DNA of 52,747 nt, filler included, from Sphacelaria rigidula (taxonomy: Eukaryota), in assembly GCA_964200075.2 (NCBI GenBank). It is 4 parts of 4 records of this genome, joined end to end, with 100 filler letters (N's around TTAATTAATTAA, not from the genome) between each part and the next. Parts side by side here need not be neighbours in the genome. Positions count along the whole stretch, not along the records: positions 1 to 13,115 come from CAXNAA020003144.1; positions 13,216 to 26,329 come from CAXNAA020003145.1; 2 more parts are not named here. One strand, given 5' to 3'. Shown here piece after piece: positions 10,834 through 25,600 of this stretch. Positions within the stretch are counted from its first letter, which is position 1. Each line of letters begins with the position of its first letter. The notes beneath the pieces were generated by a model that was given only the letters and a program-made list of their open reading frames with translations, was not told where the DNA came from and searched no databases. Made by a program: the position numbers and the translations under genes.

Positions 10834-11805
10834 GTTAAATTTGGACTTCGATAGCCGAAATCTCGTGGTTCTAGGTAAAATAACAATTCCGTACGGGCAA
10901 TTTAGGCGATCGGATCGGATCACCGAAAATCCTCAGAATTGTTTTTTCAGCAACGACCCCAACACTTCAGTCATCAGAATCCAACTTTGTATGGCGCATA
11001 GTAGTTGTCCATAGCTACCAGGAAGCGAAGGAATGCAATCATGTTTCGAAGACTTGGTGTGAATACGAAGATTTAATTTTCCTTGTTGTCACCCTCAATG
11101 AAAAGCTTCATCCTCAAGATGGATTATGGGTTGTTTTCGCTCTGACTTCACCAGTTCTTTATTTCTGTGGGAGTGCTTTGCATGAAGTACTGTCATCTCA
11201 CGAAACCATTGTTCAACATCGTGCCGCACGAAGTGGGGTCGTGGAGTATGTACCAAAGTGAAGGGTCCTCGCACATGAAAAAGTTGCCTGGATTTTGTTC
11301 ATTTGATTCATGTCGCACGGATGAAGAGTGAGGAAAGATGTCAGTCTGATACATGCATATGAAGGAAAGGTGGGAAGATGTGCGCGTGACTCATGCCGTA
11401 CGACTGACACGTGGGAACTACGTACGCTTGATTCATAACGCACGGATAACATTTCGAATCCATACTTCGCGCGCCACACCATCCTTCGTGCGGCATGAAT
11501 CAAAGGCACATTATGTCGGCCATCACTTCATGCTTCAGGACCCTCCGCTGTGGTACATGAGTGGTTGTATGGTGAGGCACATAACGTTTTCTTGAGACTG
11601 CGCTCTAGGAGCCTCTCGATGGCATACAACAGGGTCTCAGTGCGCAGCCTCAAAACCCTTCTCGAGTGGAAAGTGCACCCCTACCGTAGAATCATTCACA
11701 TGTTCCGCAACTCCCGGTCATGAGGCACAACTCTGTACGTATGGCTTATGCCGCATGGCTGAAGGGTGGGAACATGCACCATGATGCACGTCATGGGAAC
11801 CGCAG

Positions 11806-12983
11806 GAGAGAAGAATGTGTGTTCGGTGGTGTGCAAAGCATGAATGACACCGGGGAATATGTGCAGTTCATGCTACGTCAGATGATGTCGGCTACGAATC
11901 GTATGATTGATTCGTGCGAAAGCTCAGAATAGGACGGACGACGATTTCGTTTTTCCCTCAGATATTTCGGCGGACATCCTCGTGACCCCTGTCGAACCAC
12001 ACGCACAGCTACCCAACATATCCTCCTACACAAGAGCCTCCGTTCTTCTGCACCGCTCGCGTGTTCTCATTGCTACGAAGCCGGGTCCCTGTCGCTCTTC
12101 CTGGTGAAAAGCTCCATGCCAACCCTGCGCAAGCTTATCATCACAAACAGAACATCCTATTCGTGCCGACTCAACACCTGAGAGGGCGTTGCCAGAACAA
12201 CGTACCCGCAACCAACACCGACAACGGTACGTTCGCACGAGCCGGCAGACAAGAAACCCTCATCATCTGCACCATTCGTCTCGTCTCATCCCTACGGCGC
12301 AGCATCCCGTTTGCTTGCTTTTGGATGAAACATGATGCGAAGCCAACCAAGGCCACCATCGGTAAAGCCACCCCACGCTCCGTACACACAGTTCGCACCA
12401 CCATTTTAGCACCTCGAAACTCCCGACCCTCGTCGACCTACACGTACAGCGATCGAGCATATCCCTGTCGACACCAGTCCCTGTTCTCATTGCTACAGGG
12501 CAGGATTTTTCTTGCTTTCTTTGTTGAAAGACGTCATGTCAGTCGTACAATGGCAATCGTGAACCAAATATCTCCTCCATGCTGAATCAACACCCCTATG
12601 GCTGTCCTCCACGACACCCTTCCGTCAATTTGCGTGAGACGATGCGTACGCTTGTCTCCGTGGACAACCTCTGTAACTCTGTGCTGTCCATCTTTTCTCA
12701 TTACTACGGTGCAGGGTTCCTTTCGCTCGCCTCTCCGAAAATGAATACCGCCGAAGTCTTGTACGAACTAAAACAACCCATTGCATCAAAGCATCGATGA
12801 GACTGTCCATTTATTTTGCCCCTTCCACCTGCCACATCCCAACCCGTTCAATCACTATACCAGTGACTACGGAAGCTGACGGTGCTCCTCTACGCAGGAA
12901 TCTCCTTCCGCACTGTCCCTCGCTTCGTCAGTATGGCGCAGGGTCTCATTCGTTTCTGGCCTCGGAGGCAGCGCTACAAAAAG
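11806..12983 (+). CDS. Candidate small exons of an unidentified gene (~11806-11900, ~12504-12558, ~12715-12760, ~12898-12983)
   Basis: AG/GT-bounded segments can be joined in frame (REECVFGG...FFLLSLLKDVM...VPFARLSENEYRRSL...), but no family is recognised. Confidence 0.25.
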
Positions 12984-13115
12984 GTGGGTGTGAACGTGCG
13001 CTCTACCATTTTTGCAGTATTTACTCCAATCATGCACAGATTTCCAAACCATGCACGGTTAGAACAAACCATCACGACTCAAAATCACCAAATTCACGAT
13101 TTATTTTGCCTGATT

Positions 13116-13215
13116 NNNNNNNNNNNNNNNNNNNNNNNNNNNNNNNNNNNNNNNNNNNNTTAATTAATTAANNNNNNNNNNNNNNNNNNNNNNNNNNNNN
13201 NNNNNNNNNNNNNNN
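13116..13215. other. Artificial scaffold spacer (44N-TTAATTAATTAA-44N)
   Basis: 100-nt spacer with a six-frame stop linker, identical to the other two. Confidence 0.97.
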
Positions 13216-13669
13216 CCCACAACACCACCCCCAACCCCCCTCCCTTTTTCTCTCCCCCCCACTGCCCCCGAAGTCCCCCCCCCCCCCCCCCCCCTCCTCA
13301 CACGTCAGACCGACGTGCCTTTATTCGTGAAGCGTGTGTATACCCACTGTATCGCGAGTAGTTCATACCCGCAGATTCCTCTTGCAAAAATCACCTGTCC
13401 CGTCTGGCGCTCTTTGACGTTGCCGCGAGTGCTCATGTGTGTACTGCCGCCGTGCTCCGGTAGGCTAATTGGTACGGCTGAAGCCACTTAAGTCCGAAAG
13501 ATACGGGTTCAACTCCCCGCAGATGTGCTTGGATTCTTTTCCGAATTTTCCCGATTTCCGTCGTTGAAAATACAAGAACGTGAATGGCGAAAATAGCTCA
13601 TTTGATGAGAGTTGACGCGGTACAGGAATGCTGATCGTCATGACCCAATCCGTGATACCAAAATGCAAG

Positions 13670-16600
13670 GCGTGTACCGGAGGAGAGATGGGTCGATCGC
13701 TTGACACCACGGGCTCGTTCTGAGGAGGAGAGGGCGTTGAACGTGTCCCAAAACGAATCCCTTATCAACCGTGAGGGCGAGTGTGCCGTCGCCTTGCACA
13801 ATCGCAGTCTGTCAGGCGGAGCACGGCGAACTGGTAAAGTGATGAAGTCGACACGTAAGCTCCCCTCGATACTCAATATCCATAAATGGCAGGAGGCAGG
13901 AAGTATTGCGGGCGTGATCAGGTGGATCAACGACAGCAAGAAGCGAATGAACCAGATCAAGCAGGAGCTCGCTGCATCAACCGCAAACTTTCGACAGGGG
14001 TACGAGGATGAGGCGGCGTTGCTAGTAATGGTTGTGGGCGGTGAGAACAATGGGACTCGTTGCACCGAGAAACTTGGTTGCAGAAAAGTAGCTGAAAACG
14101 TCACCGCTTAGCCCCTGACTGTCCTTTCCGTATATATATATATATCGAACAACTACGATCCGACACTATTTTAACGATGCTCCGACGAAAAGAGATGAAT
14201 GACAGGCAAAACAATTTCAAGGACTACAAGCTAGACCATCATGTTTGCATCAGTACGTCTATTTTCATGACCAACTGACACGTACGTTTCCCCCTTTACA
14301 TCCCCGACTGTTCTCCCGCCGCAAATGCGGAAGACCTGATGCGAATCTTTGATGAGATGTTTCCGACTCACAGCGTTCCGGAAAGGCTAGACGACGCTTC
14401 ACTGCGGACCCACGCCTTGTCTACCCATCTTCTTAAAAGAGCGGTGGTCACTCTCCCCAGTGTCCGCTATCGGGGATTCCGTGTGGAACCGCCGATCTCC
14501 AGCATACCCACGGTCGCCTCAACCTCCCCCAAAGCGGCTTCTGCTGTTGATTCCGCCGAGGAATCCGCCGTGGCGTGGCGCTTTCAGCAACGACGTGAGT
14601 TCATGCCGTTCGAAGACAGGGTGAAGCGGATGTCTCTGGCGGCCGGGACGGCGATTGTTTCCGCCGCGCCTACGGTTGAAGGAAATGGGGCAGCTCCTAC
14701 TGCTGCAGTTGAAGATCCCGCCGGCGAAGGCGGCGCGATGTCAGATGGCGCTTCATGTGGCACAGCGGTAGCAGCGAAAATGCTTCCGGTCGTTCTAGCA
14801 GATTATCTCGGTGACGCATCGACTATTGGCATGGCCGTGATCGATCAGCCGGGTACGGGCCTAACAACGGCTTTGCTGTCATTCTTGGAGTGGTATTGTC
14901 GGGGAGAAACGGCAGGTGGTCGGCGGGTGAGGCCCCGTACACCGCGGTGTAGCATGGGTGCCGTTGAAAATATCTGATCGCGTCCAACACTGTCTTACGT
15001 TTGCGCGAAGCGGTTCTCAATAAGTTTATCGGTGACGAGGAAGGGAAACCGAGAAAGACCGGAGAAAACCGGAGGCGTATCGGCATGTCTGGTTCGGCAT
15101 TTTCGAGGATCAATGCCACTGCACAGCGGAAGTCATACCGTCAGGACTTTAGAAACTTGGACTTAAAATTGACATGATGCACTTCCCAAATGAAACCATG
15201 ACCCTGAATCTCCAATCTACGCACCTGCAACTGCTACTGGTAGCAGGGAGTGAGGGTCCTAGAGGCCATGGACAGCATTCCCCAGGCCGGGCGATGTTGC
15301 TTATCGCGTGCAGTCCTGGTCAGGCCTCGGCAGGTAGCACAGGATCTTAATGACGGTGGCCTTGCCTACGAGACGGTGGAGCGACGAACGCTGGTAACTA
15401 TGGGAAACCGCGTAACCTGTGTCTCCCGTTTTTTTCTGCTCTATCACACTTTCAACCCCTTGTCTTCTCCGGGACGAGTTCATGGTCTCAAGGGATCAGC
15501 CCATTTCTCCCCCGATATACGCCTAGTATTGTGGTGTCGTGGATTGGATCATGACTGACACACACGCACCGCGTCGACTGCTCACGTCCTCACGTTTTCA
15601 ACGACGAAATCAGAAACTTCTGAGAAAAAAACTCAATTGCATCTGTCGGAAATCAACCTCGCATTATTCCAACCTATTTGGTTCCAGCAGTACTATTTAA
15701 ACCACCAGGGCACGGGTGCGACCTTGCAACGACTGTTGTCGATAGGTTGCGTGTTGTCGGGTGGAGCGTCGGCTGCGCAACCTGGAGAGTTGTTGTATCG
15801 CGATCAGATTATTTATCGCTCGGAGGAAACTCGTCCTGCGAATTTCTCACGTGGCCTATCTTTGCGCTGGATGCGTCCCACTGAAAGTGTGCCTACCCAT
15901 GTCGACGTTTGCTGCCTCGTATGCTTAATTGCGCCAGGTGTTGCGCATCGACTGCTGTGACCCTTGCCACACGCGCTTGGACAAAGCTCGCGTGGCGCAC
16001 CACGTGGCTTGTGAGATCGTGCGTACCTTCGGTATTTCGCACAAGATACCAGAAAAACCCGGGCTTCCGAGCGGGTACGTATCGCGCACAAAACGGGATG
16101 TAATTGGTCCACCAGTCAGTCGAGGTGTCGACGGATACTGTGCTACGCCGTGAAACGAAGTGAACTGAGACATTTTTCTATGTGCGACATATCTGGAGCA
16201 CTTGAAGTAAAGGAGCAACCGCTATATCTGAGGACGGACCGAGCACCTCACAGGGTCTAGCGGCTGTGCTTCCTCCGATTTCCCAGCTGCTGTCATGCAC
16301 ACGACGGGCTGTACCGCACAGCAACGCAACAGTTTGCAGCGATGCGAGATGCCTGCTTGCTTGATATGCCGTGCATTGAGTTTCCGTACGAACAAAGCAA
16401 ATGATTCCCCCGGGTAACCCGACCGTTAACAGTGCACCAGTACAAAGCTTGTCTCGCCAAAACACATGTACAGGCCGCATGCGGCAGGGTTTGGCATAGA
16501 TCGCCCTATCCGCCCGATGGATGACGAAGACATCAACAACGAGGCAGCGATCGCCAGTACTGGAGATCAACGGTCTCACCCGACGACCAGTAGTGCCGGA

Positions 16601-19600
16601 GGTGAGAGCATAGTCTCGGCGGATGCACAAACTCACGGCGGGACCACAACGAGCGGAATTGCCAGTGTGGAGGATGGCAATATTTGGGCTGGTGTATCCG
16701 CGGCCGGCGGCGTAGGAAGTATCCACAGCAACTGCAACGATCTGGGGACGGAATACTTATCGAGGTGGTTCGACTTACTTGGCGGCTACGGAGATTTGGT
16801 GAGACGCTTGTACCTGTCTCGAACCTCAAACATGCAATAGACAGAAAATTTCAAAGGTGGGCTTTGTACTGAAAGACGGCTGTGAAGAATCACTACGGTT
16901 TTAGCACCAGGAAAGCATGCAAAACCTTTTCCGCAGAAACGTGCTCTTACTGCATATATAGTTTCTTCACAGACGTCGTTTGATCCAAAGCCCAGTTTCG
17001 AAATTGTTTGTCAATATCCCCTTCGGGGAGTGTAAAAAAGGTAACACTCTTGAGCTTCTCGAACGACCACTGATGACTTCGTTGACCTTCGTGCAAGCCT
17101 TGAGTTATCACATGGAGACCAAACCTCTGGCGTGGCAATGAATCGATTCACCCTCGAAAGCCGCCATAAATACAACGAAGTGATTTGGTTTGATAGCTGT
17201 TGTCTTGGATTCTCCCTGGAGTATCAGGTGACTAGACCGTTCGCGTACATATTTCGCAGATACTACTGCTCGAGAATCCGGATATATTAATACCTCCGGA
17301 GGAGAGAGCCGCGGCGAGCTCGAACGCGGAAGTATCTCCCAATCCACTGTCGTGGCTCCCTCCGGAGCTACCGGAACACGTGAAGGTATGTGGACGCACT
17401 CTGAAAAGCAGTTTTGACCGGACGTTTCCCGAGCACGCTGGACACCGAGATCCTACCGTTCCCCTCACGCTCTTCACTCATTTCCGCCCAACAAGGTCCC
17501 CCACTTCATCGAACAATGCATTCCCCTCACTAGACTATGTTATCTCCGTCATTGATGACTCGCGAGCGACAGGTGATCTTGACCTGCGGTCAGGGCAGCT
17601 ATTGTCAACAGGTGCTGTTAGGGCCGGATGGCTGGGGGTGGCACACCGTTCGTAGAAAGAGTGGGCTAGATGCCGAGGCCAAGCAACAGGTACAGTACAC
17701 GACGTGCGACTTATTTAACGAAACTCGTGCGTCTCCGATTTCGTTGACGAACTCAGGGTACTTCCAATATGATCGAGGGCTCGCGGGCTGAAAAAGCGCT
17801 TTCCATCCTTTCCTCCGCCTGTCAGTGCAAGCAGTTGCTCACGAAGACCATTTACGTGCCGAGAAAGCCCCAACACCGGCATCGACCGCCGCTGACCCCA
17901 TCACATCGACACAAGCAACAGCGACGTGCTGCCCTCTTTCGAAAACACTTGAATCTTGTGATACGCGATTTCCATGCAAGACAAGACTCCAACGTCCTAC
18001 CGGCTGTCAATCAAGAGGCCATCGAGTGCCCGTCCCGAAACGCTTCATCTGTTGTGACGTTCGATTTTCATTAAAAACTGGGTGTTGTCCGTTCGACCGG
18101 TTGTCGACAAAGATAATCGACGCGGTATTCACGCGTCATGGGGTGGGTTGCATGCTGGATTGGGTGGAGATGGACCTGGTTCTCAAGGAGAAGACAGCAA
18201 ATATTCAGGTGGGCTCTCGGTCTCACCCCTACCACCTCCATAAGTGGACTACTAAGGAAACATTAGGCGGCGCCCATCTCGACCCCAAGGCGATCGTGGA
18301 GCTTACTGCAAGTGACTTGCAACCGTTGGGTATCACTGCGGCCATCAGGAAACAGCAAAAGCAGACGCCGAATCTGATTCACAGAATGATGCAGTACTAA
18401 AACTCCACGAGACAGTTACAGACGCATGGATTGAGTATCGCCACCATGTGCTGTATGTTTCCCGTGGCCTCGAAACAGGAATTCGCACAGACATGGTCAT
18501 TACCCAATCCACTCCCCATGTTTCCACCTTCTCCCCATCTGCTTATTGAAACAATTCCCCGATGGGCACAGTTTTTGGTGCAAGTGACCGAAGCTCTCTG
18601 CCACCAAGGTTTGCTGGATCACTCCACGCTCGCTCCTGGCCTCCACAAGAGGGCCAGCAAGTGCGTTCGTTCGCCCCCAGGCTCTCCTCCCGGAGAAGAT
18701 GGTGTTCTGGACGGCGGAATGAATGAGGCCGGTCTGCTGGAGCTCCGGGAGGCAACGGGAAGTCTGGTGAAAAGTTCACAACTTGTTGCGAACGCGGCAG
18801 ATCCTCTTCCATGAAAACTCTGCCTTTTTCAGAGCTGATGCTTCAGAGTCGAAGGTGTATTACTGTAGTAAGCCCTGTGGGTCAGCCTCTATGAAAAACG
18901 TAGATACAACCCGCAATTTACCTCTGGCGATGAAGACATGTCCCCAGTGTTGGATAATATTACCCGCGCCGATTTCATCGAGTGAAAATGTGCCCTTCCC
19001 TTCTTAAATAACCAAGGTACACGAAGAGTCCGCACTCGACGTAGCGAGAGTCCGGATCCGCCGACTAGTGTCCGTCAAGACCGTTCGTGCTCGTTTGCTT
19101 CGGGCTGCGCTTTGTCTGGTGAGTGAGGCCGATGGTGGCATGTGCGTAGTCGTCGCGGGAGCTCTGGACGCTCGTCTTCGTAGCATACAGTATCAACTAT
19201 GGGCGTGTCGTGACAACTGCCACTGTACTATAACGCTCGGAGGTTGCCAGATATGTATTTGGGATCGCTTGGTATCGAAATTTCGTAGAATATCTCCTGT
19301 CCTTCGACACTAATACACGTCGACAGTGTGTGCTCAGTTTGTGGTATACACGAGGAAACGAATAAACGTGAACTTGTACCAGCTCTCCTCGTGACAGTTC
19401 TCCTGCGAGTCATCGCGACTGGCTCAGCGGTCGCCATCTTCAAGGGTTGCACAGAATTGTGGACGTACTGCTTCTCGTTGTGTCTATTCTCTCACTGTTG
19501 AACAGGTGAGGCTTTCTCGCTGCGGGCTGTCCCCGCACGAGATATGTCGAGCTTTGTGCGTATTGATGACTTCCCACTCTCAACAACAGCGTGACCCCCA

Positions 19601-22600
19601 CGGCGTTACCGTCCACATCGGAGAAAGCGGGGCGCGGCCAACGATAGCAGCAGGAGCGCACAACACCGGCGCAGCGTTTACGGCAGGTTCGCCACCGCCA
19701 CAACAGCACAGCTCATCAACTCCAACTGCGGAAGGGTCGCGTGCAGGAACGGTTCCGAAGTCGTCGTCGACATTTCATTCGGGGCAAGGAGCACAGGCAC
19801 ACACCGATACCGCGTCAACTCTCAACGTGAAACACGTGAATTCCGAGAATTCACGGGGTACAGACGCACTAGGACAAAGGGGCGAGGCGATCGAGGCAAC
19901 CTCACACAACAACGGGTCGCAAAAACGAGCTCGGACAGCCGAAACCGCCGTGAAAAAGGAAGATGGGCGCGGGATGGCAAAGGCTGGCAGCGGTTGGTCG
20001 TCGCGGCCGCTATTTTCGGGCCAAGACTGGAGGCTTCTGGAACCCGAGCTCATGAGATTCTGCTACAAGGTGCAGTTGTATCTGTAGAAGAGTGAACACA
20101 TCGCAGGCGGGGGGGCGGGGGTTACTTATGATATTGCATGCCGTATACATATGACTATTGACCTTGCATCCCTACAAAGCCGGGACGGAGCACGCCGGGT
20201 TCTCGCCCGACTAGGCTCGCCATCAATCACCAAGCGCGATGCGCCGTGATGTGTTCGGCGAGTCGCATGAAGGATGACCTGCATCCGGCTGAGATTGTCC
20301 GACCCGAAGTATACTGATTGTCTTGCATTCGGATGACAGCCTACAAAGAGTTTCTTTATTTTCTGGTATCGCCACTTCCAGAGACAGCCACGGCTTACAC
20401 TGCCTCATGGGTGTCTCTACTATTTAAACACTTCTGTGTAGTGGTATGATCATCCCCTTTGCGCGAAATCGAGGTTCTCCCACCCCGCACAATATGATCT
20501 AGTTCGACCACCATAATGATTTCCGCGAAAAAACGCAAGCGCGCGCATAAAAATGGTACCCTAGTTGCCTAACTTACGCAGTGACTGACGTGCTATAAAG
20601 CGTCGTTCGCAGGCGGCGTGGGAGGGGTTGAGCGTAAAGGGGGTGGTGAGGCCGTAGCAAGCGGTGTACCGCGTATGCACATGCCATCCATCTCATTAGA
20701 TATGCCTCATGCTTTCGCTGCCAAACGTGTCGTTTTTTCCCCTGCCAATATGAACACACGCTTTCTGTGACTGACCTACCAATGGGATGCCTCCGGGTGA
20801 AGGTCTTGGGAAGACTAGTCCTCCGCGGGAATCTACAGGTAACCGCCGTTGATCGCCAGCTCATTAACAACCATGATGATTTTCCAGACGCGTTCGTCGC
20901 GCGAGCATATGCGCACAACAATACCGGTGCTCACGGGTATGGGGTAGGTAGCGGGGCCACGGCTACTGCTTCCGCAGCTGACGGAGCCATGGTTGCGCCT
21001 GTCTCCAGTAAAGTGGCCCACTTTTATCTGCATGTTTTGGCCGAGAGTTTCGCGAAGAATCTACCCAGCGCACGACGAGGGGTGGAACAGCTTGGGGCAC
21101 TTGCCGGTAAGATCGTTGACGGAGAGCAGAGAAAAGAGGCGTATCAGCAACGAGAGTTTATTGATCGTCACCTGGCAATGATTGTTTGCGCGAACTAGAA
21201 ATTCTGCCACCGTGCTCTGTCAATATTTCTCTTGCACTCGTAGATTTGATGCGAATATATACATGACCTGGTCGCGAAAGGCAGATGCTATTGCCACACC
21301 CGGTCACAGTTCCGCCCCTTTGATTAGTTTGAGCACGTGATGGTTCATATCATAATGCCCTCCCCTTGCCCGCTAGTTTCATGTTTTGTGTTCCCTCATC
21401 GTGCTTTCTCGCTGTTCCAGGAATCCTGCAGCTTTCGATCCAAGGAGGCGTAGAACCGTCACGAAAGGCAGCAATCCGGAATCACAGGGACAACTTGTAT
21501 TATGCGCTGGCCGACGTGGAACTTCTTTATGCAATGCACGAGGGCAAAAGGTGCTCACGACTTCGGCAGTAGCACAGGAAAAAGCAATCCGGGCTCTTAC
21601 GCATTGAAACGATGCAGAAATAATGGAATAACGCTGAAAAATGCGGTGAATATACATCGTGAGGTGTGTGACGCGCGATTCACAAGACGTGATGAAGCAA
21701 CTCTTCAAGGTTCAAATCGCAGACACACTTAAAAATTCGCCGAAATGGCCGCTGTACCTGGAATATCGCGCCGTTCTAGTTTCTGCCTACCGGCGACCAA
21801 TGAACGACCACGAAATTTGCGACGATCAAGCGACAACCGCTGTTTCCCCCTGTTTTTGTATCGTGCCTACGTTGTGTTCCCCGCTGAGCAGGGCCGACCC
21901 TCAGTCTTTCCTGGAGTACATGCACCTTGCCCATGTATTTCTTACACCCCGGCGATTCATGGCCGCTGTTCGTGCGTCCTTCGAAGAATGCTACAACATC
22001 GTTTCGACGGAAGAGCTACATGCGGGCGGGAAAAAATCTGCGCGGGCGCATCATGATGTGAGATCTTCGTTGCGTGGAAGTCGTGTTAAACATCCACCTC
22101 ATTGCGGTATACCGAACTATTATAAGTATCCCAACCGTCAACTTTGGTACCGTTGGAGATATCCTCATGATGCGATGGAAGCGTTTTCTTACGTACACGC
22201 ACACACGACATATTGTAGCCCCTACTTTCCCTGAGTGTTGATGCCTACATCGCGCGTACCACGCTGCTCGTCGTTTGCTCACCAATCTACACGGCGGGAA
22301 GCACAGCTTCTCTACACAACCGACCGCGTGCGGCCGGAACGGCCCAAAGCCGGTGCTGATCTATACAGACAGGGTGTTTGTGGAGGAGCAATGTTTGACG
22401 GTGTCTCGCCGGCGCCGACACACAATTCCAGGCAGCAACAGTACAGGCATCAGCACTATGTGTCGCCATCGGTGAAGTTAAGCCGTGCGGGTCCGTTGCG
22501 TCTACTAGAGGCTGCAAGGGTGGCGCTGGACCGGTTGGGTGAAACTGAGGAGGCTATGAATCTAGCAGAATCGGCCTTGGCCCTGATGTTCAGGTGAGAA

Positions 22601-25600
22601 TATGCTGCTAGAAATGCGAGTACGGCATTTCCAGTGGATACGCGTGCGTAAGGGTGCCATGCTTTCCTAAATAGCGTCGACGATGATACCTGTCTGGCGC
22701 AAACAAACCTTCCCTCGTTTGCCGGTACTCTTAATGTTTCTAGCATGTTGAATCTCGTCGCTGCTGAGGTGGAATGATCGTAGCCAGCATGTCTGTAGTA
22801 CGTACGGTACATGTAATGGGGTACTCCCGCGTCAAAATGAACGGAGTCGGTCGCAGGGAGACATGGAATGAACTCCGGGCGCTATTTCGAGCCCATATAT
22901 TTATACTCGTCGGAGTTGGTTGTCGAGATACCGCAGCCCAGACCGCCCACTTTGCTGCCGACAACGTGGCGTGCACCGCAAATTCTAGACAGAAACATGG
23001 AGCGTCTGGGATGGAGATCCTGTTGCCATGTCGTTAGGTCCTAGTGCGAAAATTACCTCAGATGTGTTGGTTTCGTTACAGCTCTCCTACTCCTGTGATT
23101 CCCTGCTTGTCTTGAACCACAGCGTCAGCGAGTTGACCGATGAAGCGTTTGCAAACGTGACGGAAGTGTCCTTCCCTGTGGACAAGATATCAGATTGCCT
23201 GAGGTGAAGAGAACCAACGCGTTTCAATCTCAGAATCAAGGCGACGAGCTCCATGCACCATAGAGGGAGGATATTTTGAGGAGAATTGTCGTCAATACTG
23301 TACTCAAATAAACGGCGTTGCTTCGATCCGCGTGTAGCCATAAACATGTGGGAAGCTAATAGCCAAATGTTCTTAGGGTATTCTGATCTTCCGCGCTCGA
23401 TGAAGGTGCGTAGGTGGGTTTGAGTCCGGGGGAAGGGTACTGGCCTTGCGAATGGTTCCGCAGACGACAGAAGAAAGCCGCTACAGTACGAGACGCGCGT
23501 GCTTTTATAGATGTCGCACCCCTCACTCTTTCGTATCCTCATCGATATCCGCGTCAACTATGCTCATGTTCTACAACTGTCACACAGAGTGTCCACTGTT
23601 TGCTGCTTTGATCGCACACAGGCTCCTGGCCGATGTGTACGTCTCCCGAGGGTTGGATATGCACCTTCTCTTATTCCACGAAGATGCACACGCGGAATCT
23701 ATCGGCGAACCGGTTCCGCACCGGGGTGTTGCGGGGGAGGCGCACGATATGGAAGGCACTACAGGCGCCACCGCCACTGCTCCCGCAACGGTGGCTAGTC
23801 GGGCCCGCATCAATTCTCCCGTAGTTGCGAAATCCGGAACGGGCGAACCCTCGTTACCCCATGGCGCTAGAAAAAGATCAGGCTTCATCCCCGGCGACGA
23901 CGGGACTTTGGAACGGCTCAAGCAGAGTCACGGGAGTAGAGGGATCGGGAGAGGTGGAATGAGTGGAAAAGCTTCACACATCATCTCCCCCGGTGGCGGA
24001 CATACTTCTTCCAATTCTCGAAGCGGCGCGGCGACCGGGAAAAGCGGGCGTTTTGCAACGACGGGCAGAGTGCGGGAGTTTAGGATGGTACTCAAGGCTG
24101 CCGCCGCACACGCGTCGAAAATGAAGGTACATCATATGTCTTTTGCTACTCGGTGACGTTATTATCGTAAGATAGTGGTACCTTTTATTTGTAGCCTCTT
24201 ACCTAATTGAACTCTTGGACAGGGCACGCATGAGAAACAACTGTCTTTCTTCCGTGGCAATCGTTGATTTGAGATTTTAAAATGTTGCTGTCTGAACCTG
24301 CTCGTCAAGATGATGCGACCAAACCACAATGTATCTCTCCCTCTCTCGCCACGTGGAACGTAGTGGCAAGCATTTGGCGTATCGTTGCAATATTGGTAAA
24401 ATGTTTGGTTGACACGAGACGTTTTTTCAGTGTATATCAACGTCATGTTCTGCTGCCGACACTGCCACCACACAGTCGGCGTACGCTAAACGCGAGCTGA
24501 ACTTGGAGGGGCTTGTACGAGGACATGACGTGGATGCTGGGGTGCTGAACAGATCCACGAATCCTGGTGCTCAGAGCAAGCAGCAGATTAGCAGAGTGGC
24601 CAGGGCGCGCGAGGTCGTTGACAGGATGCTCAAGACGTGGTGAGTATAGCAACAGCGGGAGCTATACTTGATCATATATCGTCAGGGCGTCTCTGCGAAA
24701 TGGCGAGTTGCATGTCATGGTTCTGCGTTGCTGTGCGTTACACTCTTTTGGGGACACTAGCAACCCATGCATGATATTTCTGGAACCCAAAATGACCAAA
24801 CACGCTGTTGCCTTGTATCTAAGTGTTTACACAAACCATCGTTCCTGCACACGTTACGGTAAACATGAGGCCGATTGTCATCGAGAAGATGGGCGTGTGC
24901 ACGGACCAGGCGGTCAAAATAAGGAACTTGGTGAAGAAGACGGGCGCTCTGCCCGGTATAAGCGGCAACAACTCCTCCGGTCAATCAGATACGCGAGCAT
25001 CGGAGGAGCTTCGGGCAGCAAAGGAACAAGCTCGTGTGGTAGAGCAGCATGCGGAGATTCTTGTCCTGAGCTTGAGGTGCGGAACTCCAAAAACGCGCGC
25101 AAGAAGATAAATCAGTTTAATCTCTCACCAGTCTTGCGTGCTCATCCACTCCTTTGCCCCTCTCGTCGTTTCTTCGCCTCGGAAAAACGCCAACGAGATG
25201 CTCCCTTCAGATCATTCTCACCTGAGCCGTTGACATGAAACTATTCTCGACTGAGAATACCTGCTTTGAAACGCTCGCGCGGAAGCGACGGTGATCCCTA
25301 GCAGCCTGCATTTACGCGTCTTTGCAATGCCGGATCCCTCGCTTGGAATAAGAAACAACCGCACGGCGCATTTAATATTCTAGCATAATGATTTATCAAG
25401 ACCACTTTGCTTACTATGTCTACAATATCTCGGAGTCCGTGACTTCTCTATCGACTAGCGTATGGCGCTAGCATCAAAACAACGCGTTCCTTCGCGATCA
25501 CACGTTGCTTCCACCGCCGTTTGCCCAGGTTCGAACGCTTGGCACTATTAATCCAGCGGAAACAAGAATACCGCGAGCATCAGCGCCAGGCAGCCCTCGG

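Noticed and set aside
11000..13800. Joining scaffold-1 exons (DUF4062-like by eye) to the NACHT gene
   Set aside because: They are separated by a synthetic spacer between size-sorted scaffolds, and the motif resemblance is weak.
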